Part shown: one piece after another, positions 39,111 through 48,396 of the stretch | How positions within the stretch are numbered: the stretch's first letter is position 1 | How the letters are laid out: each line of letters starts with the position of its first letter | Assembly: GCA_963716145.1 (NCBI GenBank) | Contig: OY970292.1 | Location: forward strand, 76,104-140,103 | Direction: 5' to 3' | DNA length: 64,000 nt | From: Candidatus Levyibacteriota bacterium | Lineage (GTDB): Bacteria; Patescibacteriota; Microgenomatia; Levybacterales; UBA12049 | Translations under genes and position numbers: made by a program | Notes under the pieces: generated by a model | Databases searched by the model: none | The model's input: only the letters and a program-made list of their open reading frames with translations | What the model was told of the DNA's origin: nothing

Positions 39111-41132
39111 GGTGGATTTGATAAGATTGAGTTAACGCCAAAAAGTCCACCGCTCGCCTCGCAGCGAAGCGGGCCTGCCTCAAGTGTGAGTCAAGGCGGT
39201 TCTATTAAGAGTGACAAAAAGGAAAAAGGCAACCAGGATTTTGCCAAGGCAGAAACCAACAACTCATTTATGACCAACAGGAAAAAAAGAAAATTCAAGA
39301 TGGGCAAGCGCTATCCGATTGCGCTTTCGATTGTTGCTTTTATTCTTCTATTGATTGGAATTCCAGCCTATGCTACTTACAAATCCGGTCTGAAGACCTA
39401 CCGGGAAGCAAAGCTTGTTTCAGCTGCTATCAAAAACCAAAATGTTGAATTGGCTGGAGCAGAAATTGATAAAACCCAAAAATATCTGGCTGAGACCCAG
39501 AGAAATTTTCATTTTTTAATTCCTCTCAAATTTGTTCCTTTGGTTAACTGGTATTATAATGATGCGGATCACATGCTCAATGCCGGTAAGCACGGACTTG
39601 ACGCCGCAACTATAGCAGTTGATTCAATTAAGCCTTACGCTGACGTTTTGGGGCTTAAAGGGCAGGGTACTGCGACAGGTTCTACGGAAGACAGGATCAA
39701 AACAGCTGTTTTGACAATTGGAAAAATAACCCCTCAAATTGATAAGATTTCGGGAAAACTTGATCTGATAAAAAAAGAGATGGATGAGGTAGATCCAAAG
39801 CATTACCCGACTTTGATTTTCGGAAATAAAGTTCAAACGCAGATTGCAAATGTGCGAACTCTTACCGATGACGGGGCTACATTTGTGAGCGACGCCAAAC
39901 CCTTGGTTAAAGTTCTGCCTTCTCTACTTGGAGAGAACGAAGAAAAGAAATACTTGGTATTATTTCAAAATGACAAGGAACTCCGTCCGACGGGTGGATT
40001 TTTAACGGGTTACGCGATTATAAAAATTGATAAAGGGATAATAAAGCTTGACAAGTCAGAAGATATTTATGTTCTTGATGATTCTATTCCAAATAAGAAA
40101 AGAGCACCAGCCCCAATACTCAAATATTTGCCAAAAGTCTCGGTGCTGAATCTTAGAGACAGTAATCTATCTCCGGATTTTATTGAGTCAATGAAGACAT
40201 TTAAATCTATGTATGATACCTCAACGCAGAAAGTTGAGGTAGACGGAATTGTTGCAATTGATACGAACGTGCTTGTAAACACTATTAAAATACTTGATGA
40301 CAGCGTGACTGCAGGTGGAGTTACCTTTAATACCAAAAACGATCCCCGCTGTGATTGCCCGTCGGTTATTTACGCGCTTGAAGACAATATTTCGCGTCCC
40401 GTTAATTATGTCAAAACTGACAGAAAGGGTTTGCTTGGTGATCTTTTGGGAGCAATCATGAATAAAGCACTTACCTCCAGTCCTAAAATCTATTGGGGGC
40501 CGCTTTTCCAGTCATTTATCCAGGGAACCAACGAGAAGCATATACTGGCTTATCTGTATGATGAGGAGGCGCAAAAAGGGATAGAAGGACTTAACGCTGC
40601 GGGCAAGATCCGGGAATTTGAAGGAGATTATTTGCATATTAATGAGACTAGTTTTTCAGGCGCCAAGGTAAATATATTTATGCAGGAGGAAGTTGAAAAT
40701 AATTACACCGTTAAAGACGGTAATATCACCAAGACAGTGACTATAAAGTACAAAAATCCATTTCCCCCATCTGATTGTAATCTTGAGCGGGGAGGACTCT
40801 GTCTTAACGCTGAATATAGAGATTGGTTCAGGATTTATGTGCCAAAGGGGAGCGAGCTGATCGATAGCAAGGGCTCCCAAGTTAAGCTTACAAGCTCAGA
40901 AGATCTAGGTAAAACTGTGTTTGAAGGATTTTTGACAGTCAGACCAAAAGGTACCAAAACTTTCACAATAACTTACAAGCTGCCTTTTAAACTGAAAAGC
41001 GGCTCCCCTCTTCCTGCTCTTATCCAGAAGCAGCCGGGAACAAACGGTAATATATACACTAACATTGTGAACGGAAAAACAGTTGAAACATTTCCTCTAC
41101 TGACTGATAAAGAGCTCAAGCTTAAGATTTAA
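39108..41132 (+). CDS. Hypothetical membrane-anchored extracytoplasmic protein (central FQNDKELRPTGGF motif, possibly DUF4012-like); alternative starts at 39270/39300
   Basis: 674 aa; basic stretch then a TM helix (IALSIVAFILLLIG) then a large soluble domain; first 55 codons are GC-rich and may be 5' leader rather than coding. Confidence 0.4.
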   Translation: MGGFDKIELTPKSPPLASQRSGPASSVSQGGSIKSDKKEKGNQDFAKAETNNSFMTNRKKRKFKMGKRYPIALSIVAFILLLIGIPAYATYKSGLKTYREAKLVSAAIKNQNVELAGAEIDKTQKYLAETQRNFHFLIPLKFVPLVNWYYNDADHMLNAGKHGLDAATIAVDSIKPYADVLGLKGQGTATGSTEDRIKTAVLTIGKITPQIDKISGKLDLIKKEMDEVDPKHYPTLIFGNKVQTQIANVRTLTDDGATFVSDAKPLVKVLPSLLGENEEKKYLVLFQNDKELRPTGGFLTGYAIIKIDKGIIKLDKSEDIYVLDDSIPNKKRAPAPILKYLPKVSVLNLRDSNLSPDFIESMKTFKSMYDTSTQKVEVDGIVAIDTNVLVNTIKILDDSVTAGGVTFNTKNDPRCDCPSVIYALEDNISRPVNYVKTDRKGLLGDLLGAIMNKALTSSPKIYWGPLFQSFIQGTNEKHILAYLYDEEAQKGIEGLNAAGKIREFEGDYLHINETSFSGAKVNIFMQEEVENNYTVKDGNITKTVTIKYKNPFPPSDCNLERGGLCLNAEYRDWFRIYVPKGSELIDSKGSQVKLTSSEDLGKTVFEGFLTVRPKGTKTFTITYKLPFKLKSGSPLPALIQKQPGTNGNIYTNIVNGKTVETFPLLTDKELKLKI

Positions 41133-41137
41133 ATCTT

Positions 41138-41701
41138 ATGAGGAATTTTAAGACAGAAGGAATTATCATCAAAAGGCGCAATTATAAAGATTCAGACCGC
41201 ACCTTAACTGTTCTGACTAAGACGCATGGAAAGATCTATGTAAGGGCCGCAGGAGTCCGCAAGATCACAAGTCGTCGAGCGGGCCACATAGAGCTTCTCA
41301 ACCACTCTATTCTTACTCTTTATCAAGGTAATGCTTCTCCTGTTCTAACCGAGGCCGCGACCATTAATAATTTCTCAGGGGTTAAAAATGATTTAGCAAA
41401 TATGGGACTTGCCTTCCACCTTTGTGAGTTGGTAGACGGGCTTTGTCCTGAAAATCAGGAAAATATACGCGCTTTCTTTCTTCTGAAAGAGACATTGGAT
41501 AAGTTATGCAGCACAGAAAATAAAAAAACAATTGTCAATGAATTTGAAGTACAGCTTTTAACAATTCTTGGATACTCAATTAAAGCCAATTTTGTAACTG
41601 CCCCGGAACCCGACCAAACAGGACTCGATAGGCAGAGTTTTATAGAAAACATCTTGGAGCGCAAGCTCAAAAGTCGCAACATCTTCGCAAAACTGCAATA
41701 A
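41138..41701 (+). CDS. recO: DNA repair protein RecO
   Basis: N-terminal OB-fold pattern EGIIIKRRNYKDSDRTLTVLTKTHGKIYVRAAG, length 187 aa. Confidence 0.55.
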   Translation: MRNFKTEGIIIKRRNYKDSDRTLTVLTKTHGKIYVRAAGVRKITSRRAGHIELLNHSILTLYQGNASPVLTEAATINNFSGVKNDLANMGLAFHLCELVDGLCPENQENIRAFFLLKETLDKLCSTENKKTIVNEFEVQLLTILGYSIKANFVTAPEPDQTGLDRQSFIENILERKLKSRNIFAKLQ

Positions 41702-41738
41702 ATCACAACGCCTTTCTCCTTTTTGCTATAATACCCAT

Positions 41739-43091
41739 ATGAGTGATAATTTGATGGAGAAGATCGTAGCGCTTTGCAAGAGGCGGGGATTTATTTTTCA
41801 GGGTTCTGAAATTTATGGTGGGTTAGGAGGAACTTGGGATTACGGACCTGCTGGGGCCTCACTTAAGAAGAATATCATAGATTTATGGTGGAAGGAAATG
41901 GTGCAATTTCGCGACGATGTTGTAGGAGTTGATGCCGCAATTATGATGAATCCTAAAGCTTGGGAAGCCTCAGGGCATGTGGAAGCGTTTACAGATCCGC
42001 TGGTCGAATGTAAGGTTTGTCACAAACGTTTTAGGGCTGATAAACCAGAAGAAATAGAAGCTCACACGAATAGTCATTTAAAAGGAAAAGATTATAAAGA
42101 TTTTATAGATTATGACAAAGTTGGACAAGACAAGCGATACACAGAGCCCATGAATTTCAACCTATTGGTAAAGTCCTATTTAGGAGTAGTGGAAGGAAAA
42201 CAATCTGAAATTTACTTGAGAGGCGAAATCACAAATGGTGTGCATGTAAATTTTAAAAATGTCATGGACTCAACTAGGGTTAAAATACCTTTTGGAATCG
42301 CGCAAGTCGGCAAAGCTTTCCGCAACGAAATAACGCCGGGAAATTTTGTATTCCGCTCCCGCGAATTTGAGCAAATGGAAGTGCAATATTATATTAAGCC
42401 TCAGGAAGCAGAAGGAAAGAAATGGTTTGAATATTGGAAGAAAAATAGAATGGAATGGTATTTGTCGCTTGGAATGAAAAAAGAGAATCTTAGATTCAGA
42501 GATCATGAGCCAAAGGAGCGCGCACATTATGCAAAAATGGCAACAGATATTGAGTATAAGTCTCCCTGGGGATGGCAGGAGTTCATGGGGATTCATCACA
42601 GAGGAGATTGGGATTTGTCTCGTCATCAAAAGTATAGCGGTCAGGACTTGAGCGTTCTTGATCAAGAAACCGGTAAAAGATTCATTCCGTGGGATATTGA
42701 AACGTCAGCAGGAGTAACGCGTTCTTTACTATTTATCTTGGTTGACGCATATCGTGAGGAGAGCAATAGGATTTGGTTGCAGTTAAATCCAAAAATTGCT
42801 CCTTACAAAGTTGCTATTTTCCCCCTTCTTGCAAACAAATCTGATTTGGTTGCTAAAGCAAAAGGGATTTTTGATAACCTTAAAGAAGATTTCATGGTTG
42901 CATTTGATGATAGGGGTAACATTGGTAAGCGCTATTTAGCGCAGGATGAGATTGGTACGCCTTGGTGTGTTACAGTCGATTTCCAAACCCTTGAGGATGA
43001 TACAGTAACTATCAGGTATCGGGATACCACCAAGCAGGAGCGAATGGCGATAAAAGATTTGGCAAGTTATTTTCAAAAGAAACTTGCTTGA
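41739..43091 (+). CDS. glyQS: Glycine--tRNA ligase (single-chain alpha2 type)
   Basis: IVALCKRRGFIFQGSEIYGGLGGTWDYGPAG... class II aaRS motifs; 450 aa; TATAAT-like box at 41722-41727. Confidence 0.85.
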   Translation: MSDNLMEKIVALCKRRGFIFQGSEIYGGLGGTWDYGPAGASLKKNIIDLWWKEMVQFRDDVVGVDAAIMMNPKAWEASGHVEAFTDPLVECKVCHKRFRADKPEEIEAHTNSHLKGKDYKDFIDYDKVGQDKRYTEPMNFNLLVKSYLGVVEGKQSEIYLRGEITNGVHVNFKNVMDSTRVKIPFGIAQVGKAFRNEITPGNFVFRSREFEQMEVQYYIKPQEAEGKKWFEYWKKNRMEWYLSLGMKKENLRFRDHEPKERAHYAKMATDIEYKSPWGWQEFMGIHHRGDWDLSRHQKYSGQDLSVLDQETGKRFIPWDIETSAGVTRSLLFILVDAYREESNRIWLQLNPKIAPYKVAIFPLLANKSDLVAKAKGIFDNLKEDFMVAFDDRGNIGKRYLAQDEIGTPWCVTVDFQTLEDDTVTIRYRDTTKQERMAIKDLASYFQKKLA

Positions 43092-43107
43092 CCACGTCAA
43101 ACGCGGC

Positions 43108-43137
43108 TTGACAGCAGGAATTAAATTAAAGTATTAT
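43108..43137 (+). promoter_or_regulatory. Candidate promoter TTGACA-18-TATTAT upstream of 43146 ORF
   Basis: ttgaca 43108-43113, tattat 43132-43137, ATG at 43146. Confidence 0.4.
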
Positions 43138-43145
43138 TTAACAAG

Positions 43146-43646
43146 ATGAATTGGTTCAAAAAAAGAAATAATCAAATTATTGCGGGAGTAGTAATTGTTC
43201 TACTTCTTGTAAGTGGATTTTTAATTTTTGGCGGTAAATCCAAATCAAAAGCTCCAGAAACTATCCAGGATCAGTCAGTTCAAAATATTTCGGCTGAAGA
43301 GCTAGGTCTAACGATAACAGCAAAACCTGACAATAAGGCAGTAAAATTTGCTATCTCAAAAGCATCAAGTATAAAATCTATTGAGTATGAAGTTACGTAC
43401 GAAGCTGATTCCACAGCAGCTGAGCAAAGCGAGGGTGGGGAACCTAGGGTGCAGAGAGGGATCACAGGAGACGCAAAGATAGATTCCGGAAAAGGCAGTT
43501 ATGAATCCGATTGGCTCGATCTGGGAAGTTGTTCAAAAAATGTTTGCCGATACGATTCAGGGGTTGAGTCGGTTAACCTTACTCTAAAAATTGTCAAAAA
43601 TGATGGAAAAATTTATCAAGCGGAAAAATCCCTCGACTTAAAGTAA
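43146..43646 (+). CDS. Hypothetical protein with N-terminal membrane anchor
   Basis: 166 aa; TM helix IIAGVVIVLLLVSGFLIFG followed by soluble domain; no family recognised. Confidence 0.35.
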   Translation: MNWFKKRNNQIIAGVVIVLLLVSGFLIFGGKSKSKAPETIQDQSVQNISAEELGLTITAKPDNKAVKFAISKASSIKSIEYEVTYEADSTAAEQSEGGEPRVQRGITGDAKIDSGKGSYESDWLDLGSCSKNVCRYDSGVESVNLTLKIVKNDGKIYQAEKSLDLK

Positions 43647-43744
43647 ATCTTCATAATAAAACTCTCTTACGCATTTCTTACAATTAGAACGCTACATTTT
43701 GTAGTTACTCTTGCTCCTGTACACTACGACATCCCAAAATCATG

Positions 43745-43821
43745 TTGACAAGGTGAATTTTTGGGTCCAGAATATATAAATAGGTAAAAGTAGGAAAAAG
43801 TAGGTCGTCTGCAAAGCAGAC
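43745..43821 (+). promoter_or_regulatory. mraZ upstream control region: TTGACA box, three TAGG direct repeats at 10-bp phasing (MraZ-box-like) and a 6-bp-stem hairpin
   Basis: ttgaca 43745-43750; aaaTAGG/taaaagTAGG/aaaaagTAGG at 43775-43804; gtctgcaaagcagac inverted repeat 43807-43821; ATG of mraZ at 43865. Confidence 0.45.
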
Positions 43822-43864
43822 TTCATAGTTTAGAAATTAGAAATAAAATTAGAGAGGCAGGAAT

Positions 43865-44302
43865 ATGTTAATTGGACAGTATGAAAGTAAAATTGGTGAA
43901 AAACATCAAGCAGCATTACCTAAAAAATTCAGGGAGATTCTTGGTGACCGATTAATTATTACAAAGGGGTTTGAAAATTGCTTGATTGTAGTGTCAGTCG
44001 ACAATTGGAAAACTCTTCTGGAAGGAACGGAGGGAAAACCGTTTACGAGTAAAGCAACGCGTGAATTGCAAAGGTTTTTATTGGGAAACGCGACAGACAT
44101 AACGCTTGACAGTAAAGGAAGATTTGTAATACCTGAATATTTAAGAGAATTCGCAAGCATAAAAACTGAAGTAGTCATAGCCGGAATTGAGAGATTTATC
44201 GAGATCTGGGACAAAGGTAAATGGGAAGATCAGCAAAAGGAATTGAGTAAAAACATTGAATCAATCGCAGAAAGGCTGTCCGAAGGAAAGAGTGAATCAT
44301 GA
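43865..44302 (+). CDS. mraZ: Transcriptional regulator MraZ
   Basis: MLIGQYESKIGEKHQAALPKKFREIL and second repeat RFVIPEYLREFA typical of duplicated MraZ/SpoVT-AbrB-like halves; first gene of dcw cluster. Confidence 0.8.
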   Translation: MLIGQYESKIGEKHQAALPKKFREILGDRLIITKGFENCLIVVSVDNWKTLLEGTEGKPFTSKATRELQRFLLGNATDITLDSKGRFVIPEYLREFASIKTEVVIAGIERFIEIWDKGKWEDQQKELSKNIESIAERLSEGKSES

Positions 44303-44323
44303 ATAAAGAATTAAGAATTAAGG
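44301..44323. repeat. GAATTAA-type array (gaataaa gaattaa gaattaa gg) starting inside and just after the mraZ stop codon, intergenic mraZ-rsmH
   Basis: mraZ TGA at 44300-44302; units 44301-44307, 44308-44314, 44315-44321. Confidence 0.85.
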
Positions 44324-44371
44324 GAAATTAAACCATAATTCATACTTCATAATTCTTGATTCTAAAAAAAG

Positions 44372-45271
44372 ATGGGTAATACATATCACACGACAGTACT
44401 TTTAGAAGAAACAGTAGATGGTTTAAATGTTAAAGAAGGGAAGAAATATATCGACGCTACATTGGGAGGAGGAGGACACAGTTTTGAGATTTTGAAGCGC
44501 GGAGGGAGAGTATTGGGTTTGGATGCAGATCAAGATGCGCTTGATTTTGTTCAGGAAGAATTAAGAATTAAGAATCAAGAATTAAGGTTTGAAAAGAAAA
44601 ATTTAACCTTAGCAAAGGGAAATTTTAAGGACATTGATAAAATTGCAACAGAATTTGGATTTGAAAAAGTTTTTGGCATTGTTTTTGATCTTGGGGTCTC
44701 GAGCCACCAGCTAGACACTGTGGAAAGAGGGTTTAGTTTTCAAAGCACTGGCCCTTTAGACATGCGGATGGATCGAGATCTTAGCGTCAAAGCTGCGGAT
44801 TTGGTAAATATCCTAACGAAAGGAGAGCTTTATGAGTTATTTAATAAACTGGGTGAGGAGCATTTTGCTCACGCCATATCAGAAAGTATTGTTAGCAGTC
44901 GCCGAGTAAGTCCAATTAAGACGACATCAGAATTGGTAGAAATTGTAAGAAGCGCCGTGCCAAGACTGAAACATAATATTAATCCGGCGACTAAAGTATT
45001 TCAAGCGCTGAGAATTGCGATAAACGATGAGTTTAATAACTTGAAGGAAGCTCTACCAAAAGCACTGGAGTTATTGGATGCACATGGAAGATTAGCCGTA
45101 ATCGCGTTTCATTCACTTGAGGATAGAATAATAAAAAATCAATTTAAAGAATTTGCTGAAATGGGACAGGGAGTCATTATTACAAAAAAACCGATTAGTC
45201 CAAGTTTTGCTGAAATTGAAGGAAACAGGCGCTCAAGAAGCGCAAAATTAAGAATTATTGAAAAGATATAA
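44372..45271 (+). CDS. rsmH: 16S rRNA (cytosine1402-N4)-methyltransferase RsmH; contains in-frame GAATTAA x4 insertion
   Basis: YHTTVLLEETVDGL...DATLGGGGHS...FDLGVSSHQLD...RGFSF signature; follows mraZ. Confidence 0.85.
   Translation: MGNTYHTTVLLEETVDGLNVKEGKKYIDATLGGGGHSFEILKRGGRVLGLDADQDALDFVQEELRIKNQELRFEKKNLTLAKGNFKDIDKIATEFGFEKVFGIVFDLGVSSHQLDTVERGFSFQSTGPLDMRMDRDLSVKAADLVNILTKGELYELFNKLGEEHFAHAISESIVSSRRVSPIKTTSELVEIVRSAVPRLKHNINPATKVFQALRIAINDEFNNLKEALPKALELLDAHGRLAVIAFHSLEDRIIKNQFKEFAEMGQGVIITKKPISPSFAEIEGNRRSRSAKLRIIEKI
44558..44587. repeat. Tandem heptanucleotide array (GAATTAA)x4, one variant gaatcaa, in frame inside rsmH (encodes EELRIKNQELR, apparent ~10-aa loop insertion)
   Basis: units 44558-44564, 44565-44571, 44572-44578 (variant), 44579-44585, then gg. 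Confidence 0.9.
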
Positions 45272-45283
45272 ACTTTTAAAAAT

Positions 45284-45568
45284 ATGAGAAGACCGAGTCA
45301 ATTAATTTTTCTTATTTTTCTGGTTATAGTTGCCTTGGGCATTGTGCGGGTTACTATTGAAAATAGTATTTCAACAACCGGGATTGAATTGGTGAGGCTT
45401 CAAGATAAGTTGTCTGCATATAAAAAAGACAATGAACTGCTTTCGGAAAAATATTTGGAGAACTCATCCCTCCTTAGTATTTCGGCCAAAGCCCGACAAA
45501 AAGGATTCGTGGATTCAAAGAATCAGGTTTATTTATCAGCCCCGTTGCCATTGGCACTCAAGCAATAA
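45284..45568 (+). CDS. ftsL: Small membrane protein, FtsL-like cell division protein
   Basis: 94 aa, single N-terminal TM helix then coiled-coil-like region; positioned between rsmH and ftsI as in dcw clusters. Confidence 0.4.
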   Translation: MRRPSQLIFLIFLVIVALGIVRVTIENSISTTGIELVRLQDKLSAYKKDNELLSEKYLENSSLLSISAKARQKGFVDSKNQVYLSAPLPLALKQ

Positions 45569-45591
45569 GAGCTTTTTGATACAATTAATGT

Positions 45592-47283
45592 ATGAGCTTA
45601 CGTTACAGAATTAGTTTATTGCTTTTTATCATATTTTTTTTCCTAATTACGGCTAGGCTTTTTTATTGGCAAATAGTGCGGGCATCTGAGCTTCAGTTGC
45701 TCGGACAGGCTCAATACGGAAGGCAAATTAACTTACCTGCAACACGCGGGGAAATAAAAACATCCGACAATTTTACAATCGTTGCCAATAAACTCTCTTT
45801 CATTGCTTTTGCCAATCCGAAAGAAATAAAAGATAAGGTAGGTTTGGCTGAAAAATTGGGCTCTCTTCTTGATACTGATCCCGCTTCAATCAGCGCACAG
45901 CTTGCGCTTAACCGTTATTGGGTGCCGCTTAAATCAGATGTTGTAGTTGAAGAAAAGGAGAAAATAGAACCATTAAAATTGCCCGGAGTTGGGTTTCAGG
46001 AGGGAACAACACGCTTTTACCCGGAGGCATCATTGTCAGCAAAGCTTTTGGGTTTCGTGGGCAGAGATGAAAATGGGGGAGATAAGGGGTATTTTGGTCT
46101 GGAGGGATATTATGACAGGCAGTTAAGAGGAAAAGCCGGTCAGGCAGTAGTGATACACGACGCGACAGGCCGCCCAATACTTTCCAAGCTGGATGGAAAT
46201 ACCGGAAAAACTGATGGACGGAGTTTAGTTTTAAATATTGACCGTACGATTCAGTTTATGCTTGACAATACGCTTAAAGATGGAATCGAACAATATGGTG
46301 CCTCAGGCGGTATGGCAGCAGTAATGAATCCCAAAACTGGAGGAATTATTGCAATGTCATCTTTTCCGACTTATGACCCTAGGCATTATGAGGAGTATTC
46401 GGATGATCTTTATAGAAACCCATTCCTCTCCGATACTTATGAGCCCGGATCTACATTTAAGCCTCTTATTATGGCAGCAGCAATTGACGCCAATCTTATA
46501 AAGCCCGAGACAAAGTGTCCTATTTGTGCAGGTCCTGTTTCAATTGGGGGTTATGAGATAGAGACGTGGAATAAGAAATATAATGCCAATGAGTCCATGA
46601 CTGATGTTATTGTGCACTCTGATAATACAGGGATGGTATTTGTGGGAAAATCTTTGGGCTTAGACCGTATGGTCTCATATCTCGAAAAGTTTGGCATAGG
46701 AGATTTGACGGGAATTGATCTTCAGGGAGAGGTGGTTCCCAACGTACGGGAAAAACAGAACTGGTATCCAATTGATCTGGCAACAGCGAGTTTTGGGCAA
46801 GGAATTACAGTAACACCGATTGAGCTTCTCACTGCTTTTTCTTCAATTGCAAACGAGGGAAAAAGAATGGAGCCGCATGTTGTTTCCAAAATTATCACAC
46901 CTGAAGGCGACACTATCCAAATTCCGCCCAAAGTTTTGGGGCAGCCGGTATCAGCGCGGGCTGCTCATGTGATGACTGAAATGATGGTGAATGCAGTTGA
47001 TAATGGTGAGGCAAAATTTGCAAAAGCTTTAACCAAAACTAATGGTTATAGAATTGCCGGTAAAACGGGGACTGCTCAAATTCCGGTTGCCGGGCACTAT
47101 GACCCAACCAAAACAATTGCCTCCTTCATCGGTTTTGCGCCGGCCGATGATCCCAAATTTCTGATGTTGGTTATTATTGATCGGCCAACTAGTTCAATTT
47201 ATGGAGCTGAAACAGCAGCGCCGGTCTTTTTCAAAGTTGCGAAAAATATATTAACTTACTACGGCATCCCGCCGAGTGAGTAA
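45592..47283 (+). CDS. ftsI: Penicillin-binding protein (FtsI/PBP2-type transpeptidase)
   Basis: N-terminal TM, PBP dimerisation region, transpeptidase motifs STFKP (SxxK), SDN-like HSDNTG, KTGTA. Confidence 0.8.
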   Translation: MSLRYRISLLLFIIFFFLITARLFYWQIVRASELQLLGQAQYGRQINLPATRGEIKTSDNFTIVANKLSFIAFANPKEIKDKVGLAEKLGSLLDTDPASISAQLALNRYWVPLKSDVVVEEKEKIEPLKLPGVGFQEGTTRFYPEASLSAKLLGFVGRDENGGDKGYFGLEGYYDRQLRGKAGQAVVIHDATGRPILSKLDGNTGKTDGRSLVLNIDRTIQFMLDNTLKDGIEQYGASGGMAAVMNPKTGGIIAMSSFPTYDPRHYEEYSDDLYRNPFLSDTYEPGSTFKPLIMAAAIDANLIKPETKCPICAGPVSIGGYEIETWNKKYNANESMTDVIVHSDNTGMVFVGKSLGLDRMVSYLEKFGIGDLTGIDLQGEVVPNVREKQNWYPIDLATASFGQGITVTPIELLTAFSSIANEGKRMEPHVVSKIITPEGDTIQIPPKVLGQPVSARAAHVMTEMMVNAVDNGEAKFAKALTKTNGYRIAGKTGTAQIPVAGHYDPTKTIASFIGFAPADDPKFLMLVIIDRPTSSIYGAETAAPVFFKVAKNILTYYGIPPSE

Positions 47284-47300
47284 TTAAATGAATTTAAATA

Positions 47301-48356
47301 TTAGTTATTTCTAAATCTATAGCCTGTCCCTATTACTGTTTCTATAATATCTATCCCGAGCTTACTGCGTATCCGTCCTATGTGAATATCTACGGCTTTT
47401 TCCTTAGCCTCACCAGCCATTACACTGTCTTGTAACTGAGAACGGCTTAATATTAATCCCGGATTATCATGCAGTCTCAAAATAACTGTGTGCTCAGCTA
47501 TTGTAAGATTGCCTTCGTCATTATTTTGTTTAAACAGTAAGCTATAACGGTAAATTTTGGTATTATTTGGTAGTACTATTGCTTCAGCTGCTATATCATC
47601 AACTTCTCCTAATCTGAAACCAAGTCCCAGCTCAGTAATAATGGTTATGGGATTTTCAGGATCCGGTTCAATTTTGTCACGCAGTTCACCTATACGAACG
47701 TCAATAGTATTCATACTTACAGAATCGAAATATTCTGGAGACCAAGCTTTTCTACCAATCTCCTCACGCGATACTACTCTGCCAACATTGTCAGATAATA
47801 CCATTAGTACATCATGCTCTTTTGGAGGAAGGGTAAATTTTTCACCACGAACAAACAATTCGCGGCTATGGCGGAAGAATTTAATTTCACCAGGTAATTT
47901 TACTGCATCTGATTCATCATGTTCACCTAGTCTATATCCTAAGCCTTTTTCCGTAAAAATAATTGTCGGACTTTGCGGATCCGGTTCAATTTTGTCACGC
48001 AGTTTTTTTATAGCCACCCCTAAAGAACTTTTAGACATAAAACCCTCAGGCCAGGCTACTTCAAGCAGCCTGTCTCTGCTTACAGCCCTACCTCTTCTTC
48101 CTAGTAGTTCCCTAAGCAAGCTGATATCTGTTTTTGATAATTTTTTTCTTTCACCATCTACATAAGCTGTTCCTTCAAGGGGAACATAGCTGACTCTATC
48201 TTTTAAAAGTTCAATTCTTGCCGGTTTTCCCTGTTCTGACTGGGGTTCACCCCTTGAAAAATCCACGATTAATAGTGGTTCGCTTCTATGTGTTGACGTA
48301 GGTATAATTCCTGATTCGACATTTGGCGTTACTCTGGTCACTCGTTCAAAATACAT
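47301..48356 (-). CDS. Standalone DNA-binding protein with three tandem OmpR/PhoB-type winged-helix (Trans_reg_C) domains, no receiver domain
   Basis: Three repeats of the pattern ...L...E..LL..L....G..VSR..L....W........L...I..LR.K......P..I.T..G.GYRL (residues ~60-145, ~160-250, ~270-350). Confidence 0.55.
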   Translation of the reverse strand: MYFERVTRVTPNVESGIIPTSTHRSEPLLIVDFSRGEPQSEQGKPARIELLKDRVSYVPLEGTAYVDGERKKLSKTDISLLRELLGRRGRAVSRDRLLEVAWPEGFMSKSSLGVAIKKLRDKIEPDPQSPTIIFTEKGLGYRLGEHDESDAVKLPGEIKFFRHSRELFVRGEKFTLPPKEHDVLMVLSDNVGRVVSREEIGRKAWSPEYFDSVSMNTIDVRIGELRDKIEPDPENPITIITELGLGFRLGEVDDIAAEAIVLPNNTKIYRYSLLFKQNNDEGNLTIAEHTVILRLHDNPGLILSRSQLQDSVMAGEAKEKAVDIHIGRIRSKLGIDIIETVIGTGYRFRNN

Positions 48357-48396
48357 AAGAGGGATTTTATCCTATAACCAATTCTAAATCAATATT

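Noticed and set aside
41702-41738. Possible T-box leader upstream of glyQS
   Set aside because: The intergenic region is only 37 nt, far too short for a T-box riboswitch. Only a TATAAT-like box is present.
43647-43864. Largest intergenic region (218 bp) as a possible tRNA or small RNA gene
   Set aside because: No tRNA-like GTTC/TPsiC arm or cloverleaf complementarity was seen. The region is better explained by mraZ promoter/operator elements.
45231-45262. aaattaagaattattg near the rsmH 3' end as another GAATTAA array
   Set aside because: Only about 1.5 units and not tandem. It is most likely ordinary coding sequence (KLRIIEKI).
47284-47300. AT palindrome ttaaatgaatttaa between convergent ftsI and wHTH genes as a bidirectional terminator
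   Set aside because: 5-bp all-AT stem with no GC clamp or clear U-tract, too weak to call.
47557-48165. 202-aa Ser-rich ORF on + strand
   Set aside because: Antisense to the triple-wHTH gene, which has strong repeated domain structure. The Ser/Pro-rich low-complexity translation is typical of antisense frames.
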